A stretch of 64,000 nucleotides of DNA, from assembly GCA_038496445.1 (NCBI GenBank), contig JALMLS010000149.1:186001-250000 (forward strand), given 5' to 3'. Below the pieces are notes generated by a model. The model ran no database searches and was not told the DNA's origin. It worked only from the letters and a program-made list of their open reading frames with translations. Positions within the stretch are counted from its first letter, which is position 1, and every line of letters starts with the position of its first letter. This DNA comes from Trichosphaerium sp. ATCC 40318 (Eukaryota; Protista; Tubulinea). This document shows, one piece after another, positions 9,548 to 21,093 of this stretch. Both the position numbers and the translations under genes were made by a program.

Positions 9548-12500
9548 ATGTACAGGCAGCTTTTTGCGTATTCTAGAGCGCCTACGCACTATGCGTCATC
9601 TGTGCAGGTTTGAAAGGTAAATTATATCCTGCTACTGTTAACGTGCTACAGGGCGTTGATGTTCGCGTGAGAATGGCATGCCGTGCCTATAACAGGCCAT
9701 CTATTTTACTTAGCCAAAAACCTCGTCCTCACATTGCTAGAGCGAACGCGTTCGCTAAAAAGCTTCTCAGGGCGCGTAAGATCGCGTTGGGGCTGGTATG
9801 ACTTCAGAAAAATTACTTTTGAACTAACATAGCTGACAGGAGAAACAAGCTAGTAAAAGTGAGGTGGATAAGATAAAGGAAGAGCCCGAGGCTAAACGGG
9901 CCGAATTAACAATTTCTAAAACATCCGCCGAAGATTTGCGTCCTAAGCTCTCGGTTCGTTCATTTCTATGCGTAAAAACCAATTATATTACAGTTTAAAG
10001 TCTCTGAAGAATGGACAAATACAAAGCTTGTAACACCTATCCTACGAGCTGTAAGCGAGCTAGAATTTGAGAAACCAACAGGTATGTCAATTCTCGAGTT
10101 AGTACAAGAAAAACGACAAACAAAATTGTAGAGATACAAGAGAGGACAGTTCGTATGGCGCTGAAAGGTCAAAGTGTACTGACTATACGATATGTTTGTA
10201 GTTGTTTTGTTTTCTCACTTTTACTAGATCGTTGCTGGCGCAAAAACCGGTACAGGCAAGACCGCTGCCTTTGGACTACCATTGTTGCACCGCGTGTATC
10301 AAATAATCAAAAAGGAACGCGGAGGTACCAAGATTACATTTCTTACTGATTCTCTTTGATATTTTGTTTTTAATCACCTTTATGTTGTAGACAATGATGA
10401 ACCTAGGGTTGCTGCACCTTTGGCACTAGTCCTTTGTCCTACTCGTGAGTTGGCAGATCAAGTTATGAATCACTTGGCGAGCTACTCTAAATATCTCAAA
10501 AAAATAAAGATAGTTGGTATTTATGGTGCAATGAAGAACATGGACGCTCAGGTAATGCTTCGCATGTCTTTCTTTGTTATTGACCATAAATGATATAGGC
10601 TAAAGAGCTCAAAAAGGGTGTAGATATTGTTGTATCAACAGCAGGAAGGCTAATGTCTTTGGTTGATCAAGACTACTTTGAACGTTTGAGTAAAATGAAT
10701 AAAAAAAGTAACTTGAAATCAAAACAAGAAAAACAAGATACCATTGATCAATACTTTGAAAGCTGGGAGACTGGCGTGGTACATGAAAAAATGGAAGAGC
10801 TATTGAAACAAGAAAACGCTTCTAAACCTTCAAAAACACCACACCAAGAGCCAGGATGGGGTACGTCATTTTTCATATTTTGGTGACTCGGAAACCTGCT
10901 TAACTTTTTTTTTCTCAATAGCTATTGACCTGCGGCGAATAAAGTTCTTGGTTATTGATGAAGTTGATCGTATGCTTGATATGGGTATGCTTCCTGAGAT
11001 GAAAGCAATATCTTCTCATCTACCAAGACCAAGAAATAGGAAACATACACAAGGGAGGATGCAAGTGCGTCAACTTTTTTTGTAATGATTAATTCTTTGC
11101 TCACATTTTTCTTCTTCAAAAAAAAGGTTATGATGTTTTCTGCCACATTAATGCCACGTGCTGAGGATCTCATACGCCGTTTTGCACCTTATGGACACAG
11201 AGTTGATCTTAACAATACACTTGAGGTTGCTGATACAGGTAATAAAATAACTTGGCTTTTGACTTCTCAACGTTACTTCTAGTCGATTCAGTAGTTTACT
11301 ACGTCAATGGCCAAAAGAAACTATCTTTGTTACGCTACCTGTTCAGACGTAAAACAATGAAGGTATGTTTCTTTACCTCACTGCAACGATATTTAATTCA
11401 TATAGGACAAACAAGCAATTGTTTTTTGCAGGACGAGGCAAAGAGCACTAAGAAACGCAGAGCGTTTAAAAGAGACTGGATTCAAAGCTGAAGCAGTTTG
11501 TAAGGGTATGCCGCTCCAGAAGCGCCATCGCATAGTTGAAGATTTTCATAATGGAGATATTCAATTACTGATGTGTACTGATGTTATGGCAAGAGGAATA
11601 GGTACAAATTAATCAATATTTTTTATCAAAAATTTCCTTCTTGTGACACGTGTCACATTACAAAATGTCGTACTTTACTTTGACAATTTTTAACGTAAAA
11701 TCTATTGAAGCAATGCATTGTTCTATGTTAATTTCCTATTCTATTGGATAAAGGAGTTGGATAAACATTACCCCTTTTATTTCGAGCTTACCTTTTTTTG
11801 TTTTGCTTGATTTAATTGGAGTTTTAGATATTCCGGATCTTCCTTTCGTAGTAAACTTTGATATGCCTCATTTACCTGAGAATTATATTCATCGTGTTGG
11901 ACGTACTGGTCGTGCAGGAAAGAAAGGAAAAGCTCTAAACTTTGTTGGTCTTCAGCCTCAAGCTATTAAGATTGGTAACAGAGTTGCTGTTCTTGATGAT
12001 AGAACTTTTTTAAGTGGTATTGAGAGGTTCCTTAAAAAGAAAATACGTGTTGATAAAGTACCTGGAACTTGGCGTGCTTGTGCAGTTGATGACGTAAGGA
12101 ATACCCTATTAGTTCATACAACTTATTTTTATTAGAAGATAGAGCCTGCTGCACCAAGTAAAAAAGTCGCTGATGAGTTGGGTGAAGTACGTTTACCCTT
12201 TTTTCTTGTTTTTTTCTTGCTTTTTTTTCTCTTGACCGCAGTTGCCATGGCTGGTTTTGGTTATTTTTATGCTCCTGTTTTTTGCACTACTGATGTTGGT
12301 ATAATTTTTTAGCGTTTGGAGTATCTTACAGAGAAGCAAAAGGTTGTAGCTGAAGCGATTGAACGGAAGCCGAAAACGTTTTCTGAGAAGCAAGCTGTTG
12401 CTATTGTTAAAAAACTTTCTGTTGATAAGAAACGTGGTAAAAAGGCTGTAATACAACCTAGAGACTTTAAGGAGATACGTTATGAGGACATAATAAAGGA

Positions 12501-12725
12501 TTTTGAAAGGAACAGAGCGACAAAATTAGGTACGAATAAACGCAATCCGAAAAAATTCTTATTGATTATTGTTTAGGAGTCAAGGTGCCAGTTGATCTCA
12601 GTGAAGATAAAAAGACTCCAAAAGAGCGTAAGAAGATTGACAGACAGAAGCGTATACGTAGAAAATACAGAAGGCTTAATCAAGAACATTTTAACACTGG
12701 TCCTATACCCAAGAAGAAAAGGTAA
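9548..12725 (+). CDS. DEAD-box RNA helicase, probably organelle-targeted
   Basis: [50 protein letters not shown]; basic N- and C-terminal extensions; multi-exon. Start approximate. Confidence 0.9.
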
Positions 12726-13002
12726 ACGAAAAATATGACAAAATGCTCCCTTTGTGTATTTCACCTCGCAAAACCTATCAAGGCTGAGACGTACATATAC
12801 TGCTCACCCAATTTTTTGTACAAACGAATTAAAAAGAACTAACTGGATCCAAGACTTTTTGGTTTTTTTTTTTGAATAAGATTGTATTTACAATACACGC
12901 TTTACAATTTGCTTTGCAAAGGCAACTTGGTTGGGTTTTTTTGTTGTTGTTTTTTGGTTTTTTTTCATTACAGTGAGGACCGTCAGGAGTACCACTTAAT
13001 CA

Positions 13003-15857
13003 TTATTTCTTGGTTGTTGTTGCTACCATTATTTTGTTACCTCGTTTTCCAACTTTTACATTTGTTGGTAAACGCCTACCATAACCACCATTTGCTTCTG
13101 CTCTTGTTAAATTAGTACTTGCGTATCTTCCTGTTGTATTTGCTACTACATTCTCTTGTGCTACACCAAACACACCCTTACGTCTTCCACGTTGTTTAGC
13201 ACGACGTAATCTCCTTTTTGTACTTTGTTTTGTATTGATTTTTCTGTTTTGTTGGTTTGGAAGTGGATGTTTGTAATAAGCTGTGTTTTCTGATGTATCA
13301 ATACCTTTTTCGTTTACTTCCTTTACAGCTGCTGGAAGACTCGGATTAACCTTTATAGGATCTTTAAGTGTAAAAACAGTCCATCCACCTGCTAAGTCAC
13401 TAGAAGAAAAAACGAAATAAGAAGACTGAATAAGACTTCATGAGTTTTTTGAATAACAAACACAAAAGCGTTCGACTGAAAATCGAAATCATGTGATAAT
13501 AAGAAGAGACTTGTTTTTGGAAAAAAAAATTCTGTAAGTGGCGTACCGGTATTCTCTTATTGAGTGACTCATTGGTGGAGCTGAATATAAGAGTTTACCA
13601 TTAATATAATCTTTTACTAGTATACGAGAAACTTGGTTCACATTTACTTGGTTGAATCTACCCATACAACCACGCATAGAACCCAATACGTGAAGCAATT
13701 GCCTTGGATGTACTTGGCCTTCACCAGGAAGATTTATACCATAAGTCCTAAACACGAAGGTAAGAAGAAATACAAAGTCCAAGAACAAGATATGGTTTAG
13801 GTCTTAAGCGGCGGCATGCGTCCTTACCTTTCAAGGATATCACGTTCTACACGAGAAGCAATTAAAGCAGCTGGTTCAAAAGCATCTCTCATTTCATCAG
13901 ATCGCATTAGTCCATTGATAACCATATCAGCTAGTAGACAAGTGAGAAGCTGTCGGTTTTTTTTTGAATATATAAAATCAACAAAAGAACAGCCGTCGGT
14001 CAGTACTGGTGGTTTTTAAAAAAATCTTCGCTATGTTTTACGTACCCTTGGAGGCCATAAAATTTGCAAATACTAATCCAGGACAATCACAAAGCTCAAG
14101 TGTGTCATCAATTATTAAAGTTTGAAAATGTTTTGTTTTAGCTGGTGTTGCACTGACTGCCACTTTCTTACTACCATACAATACATTGATTGTAGAAGAC
14201 TAAAATTTATGTTAGACAAAAGAACGTATGAAATAAATTACTAATGTACCTTTCCGACATTAGGGTATCCTACCATACCAACACAATACCGTGTATTTTT
14301 TGTTTTTTCTATCAATTTCGTCAGCTTGGTTTGTTGGATTGTAACTTCACCGTACGTGGTTTAAATGCCTTTAAAGCACTCCATAATTGAGGTGTTGTTA
14401 ATACAGCATCTGTACATAACCTATATTCGACATTTGGTTCCATTGTTTCCTAGATAAAGTCAAATTACCACCAAACGTTTTGTTATAAAATAAATGTGTA
14501 CCTCGAGTTTTTCCTCTTTGGGTTCTCCTTCTACTGCTTCTACTGTTGGTACTTTACCTTCCAGACCCTCTAAACGTTCTTCTTCAATCCTTGCAAGTTC
14601 TAATAGCCTTTCTGTTTCCTTAAATGCAGAGAAAAACGCAAACTGAATATTATTCTCATTAAGGTATTTTGCCCATGCCTTTACAATTGTTAGCCATTAT
14701 CACAAACGTTATATATTTCCTATAACGTACAATACGTTGGTTTGCATGTAAAAAATCAGCTTTGTTAAATAGTAATACTGGTTTAGCGCCGTTTTCTACT
14801 ACATAGTCTTCGAGATCTAGAAAAAAATAAACGAAGGAAACAAGCTATGTTTTTTATTGTTTTATAAAAACCTACCTAGACATCTGAATAATGTTGGATT
14901 TCTAGAGTCGATAATTTGAACAAGAACATCTGATCTATACGTATAAACTATTAGATATATAACACCATTTCTTTGATGCAGTACCTCTCTACAACACGCC
15001 ATAATTGACGCCATACTTCAAGATTTTTTTCGTAAGGAGTAACAGCTAGATTTTCTTCTGCATCCAACAAATCACGAAGATTGTGACGCCATCTTAACAA
15101 GCAAGCACGTTCCCTATCATACAATTGTGCTTTTGTAGTGCTTTCATCCCATTTTGGTCTTTAACAATAACATATAAGAAACAGAAATACAAAAACGTCA
15201 AAAGAAAGACAGAGACGTCAACTGAAAAGAAAAAAAAAAATTGAGAAACAAAAATGGAAAATGCCTCTTCCTTTCTGTGACTCAAAGGTAACTGTTTTCT
15301 TTTTTTTTTTTATTACCTCTTAGGTATTGGTAGATCATTCCATCGCTTTGTGAGAGCCTATAACGCCGTTTTGGTTAAAATAAAATAAAAGAAAAAAATA
15401 ATTCCGCCAGTAACGCCGCTTTTTGTTTAATAGTCGTACCTCCATAGCTTCGATAGTCTTTTGTTTCTCTAGAGCTATTGCGTTACTGTCCAGTACAATT
15501 GTGTGACCTGAAGAAGTTAGTATACGCTGGTATAGTGTATTTTACCTCTTTCAGCTTGGAATGAGCGTTGTTCAAGTTCAGCATTAAATATAAATTCTAA
15601 AAACGTTAGAAAAACATTCTGTACGCTAACGTGAAGATACCTTGTAGATCACTCTGCTCAATTTGTGACTCTAGTTTCACAGCGTCTTTTGCTCGTAATT
15701 CTTTCATTGTAGCTTCCCATACTGGCGCATCACCCAAACCTTCCTTTCTACGCTGTCGTACAGTTTTATGTTCATTACGGCTTTGATTAAGAAGAGATTT
15801 GCCCAAACCGCCTTTCTTCTTTTTCTTACAAGCCAAATATGCACCTCTCTTCGACAT
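13003..15857 (-). CDS. LSG1: Large-subunit GTPase 1 (circularly permuted GTPase)
   Basis: GGLGKSL N-terminus, TPYEKNLEVWRQLWRVVERSD, NKADF, VGYPNVGKSSTIN, TKHFQT, LCDCPGLVF, KDYINGKLLY. Confidence 0.92.
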
Positions 15858-16104
15858 TACAGTTGTTGAGAAAATACAAGTAAAAAATTGCTGGTGGCGA
15901 ATTCCACAAAAGTCGCGGACATTCAAACCAATTTAAAGAATAACAGTGTAAAAAAACATTATAATTATTGGTTAGGCTTTAGGCCGTGTGGGTGCAGTTA
16001 CAAGTTTGGCTATGTACAATATTTTAAAAACGCCCACTGCTTTGTTTTGTAGAGTTAAAAGTCAACGTCAAACTCGATAAACCCAGCACCTTCGAAGGCG
16101 CGCC

Positions 16105-16858
16105 CTAACTGAGGAAGAGGCCCTTTATCAAGTTCTTTCTGTTTCTCTACGTATGCTTTATCATGTTCTGCAAGGGCAGCGCAAGAGGCCTGTAAGAAAG
16201 TGTACATTAGTATGACGCTACAGTTAGTGGTTTAAATGATAACGAACCTTGTAGAGAATCTGAAGGCTGTTTAGGTCTTCTTGTAAACTAGCTATTTTTT
16301 CGTCCTTTTCTTTTATGATCTCTTTCGACCCACGCAACTGCTCTAGTATCTGGGCCTTCATTAGTCGCGCTGGGTATTTAAAAGAAAACTAAGCATGACA
16401 TACATTCGCAAATTCTTTAATTTGGCGTTCCATGCCTGCAACGAGCTGACCTTGGCTGAATGCAAGTGTTTCTAACTCTGTAATCCTTTTCTGTGCTATT
16501 GTGTATTTTTCTTCTTGAGCTTTAAGATCAGCAAGGGCTTTCTTTTCGGTTGCTGAGGCAATCTGAGCACAGTATTATTTAAAAAATGTACGTAACCGTT
16601 AAAAAAGGTACCTGTTTTACTACTACATCCTTATATACGCGTATGGAAGGTTTTTTAGATTTGGTTGACCGCCTTGGCGCTTTTTTAACGCCCTGTTGTT
16701 TTGGCTTCTAGTTAACAGTGTAAGCGCCAAATTTTTGTATTTGTAACTAGTACCAGTCCCCGTGCTGTTTTTCCACGCTTTCCAACAAGAGTATTGCGTA
16801 TGTTTGCTTGATTTCTGAGACTAGCTAGAGGGAGTCTTTGGTTGTGTTCGAAGTGCAT
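16105..16858 (-). CDS. Small coiled-coil protein with N-terminal D-box-like motif
   Basis: Five exons joined by GT-AG introns: MHFEHNQRLPLASLRN..., basic region, coiled coil ...EIIKEKDEKIASLQEDLNSLQ. Confidence 0.6.
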
Positions 16859-16949
16859 TATTGCGGCGGGAAAGATGTTGGTTTGAATTTCAAGTTACCC
16901 GTCAAGGCAGGTCACAGCCTTAGCGTCTAATTTTATAATTAACGAAAGC

Positions 16950-18482
16950 ATGTCAAAAAAACCGCTCAGTGGCGACACTACAAGCAATTTGGGTTCGTAT
17001 TATATATTTATCAGTTGATAACGCCTCTTTTGCAGAAGGTACGCCAGTGATCATCGTATTGGGCTCTAGCCAAGTGATGGCGGGGTTTTCAGGCTCAAGT
17101 GCTCCAAGGACCATATTTCCTACTGTAATAGGCACACCTAAGTACCCTTGCTTCTCTGGAGCATTTGCAAACGCATCTCGTACGTTATGGCTTGTTGTTG
17201 AAAGCCATTCAGATAATTTAGTTCAAAAAGTTCTCTTTACGCTTACATACAAAGTTAATAGGCAAGTACATTGGTGAGGAGGCAATGACAAACAGGGGTC
17301 TGTTAAATTTACACTTTCCTATCACAAACGGAAATGTGACACATCTTGACTACTTTGAGGACATCCTGTTCCACACATTTAAGAATGAACTGCGAATAGA
17401 CCAAACTGAGCATCCTGTCATGCTCACTGACTCACCGCTTGGATCTAATAGGTAAATGAAATGCACTTGCAAGTCATTTTTTGGTTTAATTTTTTCTATT
17501 GTAGAGATAGATACATTCAAATGTTGTTTGAAACCTTTGAAGTGCCCGCCAGCTATATTGCTCTAGACAGTGAATTAATATTGAATGCGTCCGGTAGATC
17601 CACTGGCATGGTTGTTTCGTCTGGAGGAGGTGTTACAACTTATACGCCTCAGCATGAAGGCAAAGCGATTGCACATGCGATTGAACGAACGCCGATTGGT
17701 GGTAAAGATGTCACTAAGTATTTAGCCAGGATTCTATGCGAACAAGGCCTCGATCTCCGCAGCCCTTCAGCTCTTGAAACCATTCGTGATATGAAGGAAA
17801 AATTTGCATACGTTACACAAGATTATGATGCCGATATAAAAGAGTGTTCAATGACTTCATCCCTTACGAAAACTTACCTTCTTCCTGATGCCTCTAAGGT
17901 TTGGATTTCTACAGCAAGATTTAGATGTACTGAAGCACTATTTAATCCACATTTGGTGGGCGTCGACAGTCCTGGGATCCCTCAGAGTATCTACGACTCA
18001 GTAATGAAATGTGATACTAAAATAAGAAAGGTACCTTTACAGTTCTTTGCGTTCAAATTCTTCGCTGTTTTTCGCCATGCCATGAAGCTACTGCTTGAAT
18101 AAGCGAGATAAAAACCTAACGCTCTGTGGAGAAAAAATAGGATTTGAACGCAAAGAAATGTCACGACGTTCCGTTGTTTTTTTTTCTCATTTCGTGATGT
18201 TAGGATTTACTATCAAATATCATCATTGCTGGTGGCAACACATTGCTAAAGGGTTTTGAAGATCGTATTACCAAGGAACTTAAGTTATTACTACCAGAGT
18301 CATCTGTAGTCAAGGTAGTTGCTGCTCCTGCGCGTAAGTATTCAGTGTGGAATGGCGGATCCATTTTGGCATCTCAAGCTACTTTTGACTCTCAGTGGAT
18401 GTCGAAGGAAGAATATGACGAAAGTGGACCTGGGGCACGTGAGTGATGTGCATACTTGTAGTAACTGCCAGTAGTACAATAA
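16950..18482 (+). CDS. Divergent actin / actin-related protein
   Basis: APRTIFPTVIG, EHPVMLTD, MLFETFEVPA, ASGRSTGMVV, RDMKEK, RFRCTEALFNP, GGNTLLKGFEDRI, RKYSVWNGGSILAS, SKEEYDESGP. 3' end uncertain. Confidence 0.9.
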
Positions 18483-19001
18483 ACGTCCCAAACGTGGTGG
18501 TGGATTTTGAAGGAGGATTATTACAAAATGGGCCTTGGTACGTAGTGATGTGCATACTTCTTGCAATTGCCATAAGAGACTAATGTGTCACATAAAGGTT
18601 CCAAGTTTATTCTGCTCTAAGTGACCTCTTGTACAGTAAGTTACAATACATCAGTTGGCACTGTTCACAAGTAATCAATAGCTAAAGAGTACTAAAACAA
18701 CTAAGCCATGCGCGCTCCTAAATATTTGTTTCTATTGTTATCCTCCCTCGCTATGTAATGGTTCATGAAGTACCCGAGAGCTTGAACAAGTGAAATAAAC
18801 AAACTTTTTGTAAGTTGAAACGTTCTTTGACAAATACATGTATACTATCAGCGCCATTAAAATGTCAAAGCAATGCTACACGTACAACAACACTTTGCTC
18901 ACACGGTACAATATTGTCACATGTTCACAGAAAATGAGCTCTGTTCTAGTCCACTTTCGTCAATTTAGGTTTTTCAAATTCGGATGGCTACAATGCACAG
19001 C

Positions 19002-20844
19002 ATGTTAGCGTATTGTGCTTTTGTTGCTCTGATATTTTTGGTCTCTGCAGCACCTGAAACTAAAACAGTTACAGTACCTGTACGTTTCTTATTTTCTGTT
19101 TAACTGACACGTGCGAATACGACTAATCGGTTTCTTTTGACTAGATCTACGACGGGGTCACAGGCGCCCTTCAAAATGGATTCGCTACTTGGGGTTGGGG
19201 AAAGTTCAACTTAAAAGACCAGACAATGGTTCGTCCAGGTAGTAATTACGATATATCGTTCATATGCCAGGGATACACGGCCATTTACATTGCTGGGGAT
19301 CTTGGTTATGATGCACAGTATATTGACCACATTTCCTTCTATATTAACGGTGGTACTACTCCTGGCGCTAAAGTACGCCATGGCTATATTCTAAAGCGGT
19401 TTTACAGAGAAAAACATTTTCATGAACTGTTTTCGCTAAAAGCTACGTTGTTGGAATACAAACACCTTTGTTTTTTAGGTGGCGTTGAAGGTAGAACAAG
19501 GGTTTACATTATCAGGCAGTGCAGTTGATATTTCAGATCAGTTGAAAACGAATACATGGACAAAAGTAACAGTTGACTTTTCTAAGTTCAATATCCAAGG
19601 AGAAAACTTGACAAGAGCTGTTGACGCTATATGGTTTCAAGCAATGTCACAGGAAGATTCTGGAACGATTTATATAGACAATATTACAGTTCAGGCAACT
19701 AGAAAATGGAATCTTGTTTGGTACGTGATAGATCGTGAGGTTGAGTAGTGCGCTTGTAGTGTAACTGTTTGTTTGTTTCTTTAGGATGGATGACTTCAAT
19801 AGTTTTGACGAAAAAGTAAGTAATGTTTTTTTGGGCCAAGTTTCTGACTTTATTAGACGTGGACGCCTCTTACAGGTACTCATGGACCTTCTTCAAACGA
19901 AAAGGAGTACTATATACCAGAGGAAGTTAGTGTTGCGAATGGTAACCTGGTCATAAGGCAAGCCGGATAAATATAATATCCTGAAAGTTTTTTTAACTTT
20001 TTCCCACAGAACACGTGCCAATGTGCCATCCCAAAACAAGATATACAACTACACTTCTGGTTGGGTAGACACTAAATCTAAATTCAGTCATCTCTATGGT
20101 CGTTGGGAAGTTTACGCTAAACTACCAGGTGAAACCCCAAATCAAATGAAAACACAAAGTTTTTCTCATCAATTCTGTAGGTACTTGGGCCATATGGCCT
20201 GCACATTGGCTAATGCCGGAAGATGGCGTACGCATTACCATTTAATTAATTGCTTCTTTCTTAAAATTAAGCTGCAAATTAGGTGTGTTGGCCTAGGCAT
20301 GGAGAAATAGGTGAGGAAAATTCTGTTCTTTTTATTATTTTTTTCCTTCGTAATTTTAACACGTGATAGATATAATGGAAATGATTGGAAAAGATATGAC
20401 GGCTACACATGGCTCTTATCATTGGACAGCAGATAACGATACATGCTATAAAGCTACCTTGAACACTGGGAGAGAGCTAAAAACTGGTGAGTTCTCCCGT
20501 TTTAAAAACAATCTAAAACATTGTCAGGTAAAAACCTCTCACAGGCGTACCATCTCTACACTGTTGAGTGGAATAAAGACAGCATGGTATACCTATTTGA
20601 TGACACGAGTTTCTCTGTTCTGCGCGATGGTGGTAACCCAAACTACCACTTCCCAACAAATGCAATACCTCAAAGTACGTTGTCTAAACAAAACAGTTTG
20701 GTGTTCACTTTTATTGTAGCACCAATGTATTGGATATTAAATACAGCTCTTGGCGGAAGTTGGCCTGGGTATCCAGATCATAGGACGGTTCTACCAGTGT
20801 ACCACTACATAGATTATGTAAAGGTTTACGATGCAGCAGATTAA
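19002..20844 (+). CDS. Secreted GH16 beta-glucanase with N-terminal carbohydrate-binding-like module
   Basis: Signal peptide; YTSGWVDT, YGRWEVYAKLP, TWPAHWLMP, WPRHGEIDIMEM (catalytic ExDxxE), MYWILNTALGGSWPG, IDYVKVY. Contains a GC-AG intron at 19958-20009. Confidence 0.9.
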
Positions 20845-21093
20845 TAAACGAGTAATTCCACCCTACTGTAAAGTTTGATAACAGCGCCTGTTTTTAGTAA
20901 AACTTCCGACAAGAATGAGGAACCCATCAACTACATAGAACTGCGTGCTAGTACGGAGTTTCTTATTTGGTCGTTTTGTGTTCGGAGGGCACAAATGCCA
21001 AAAGAGTAAGTAATTGTTAAGTTCGCTGCCCGCGGGCCAAAGCACATTGAGTTTTTTTATCCCAGTTGGAGTCCAATCTATCCATATTCCGTT

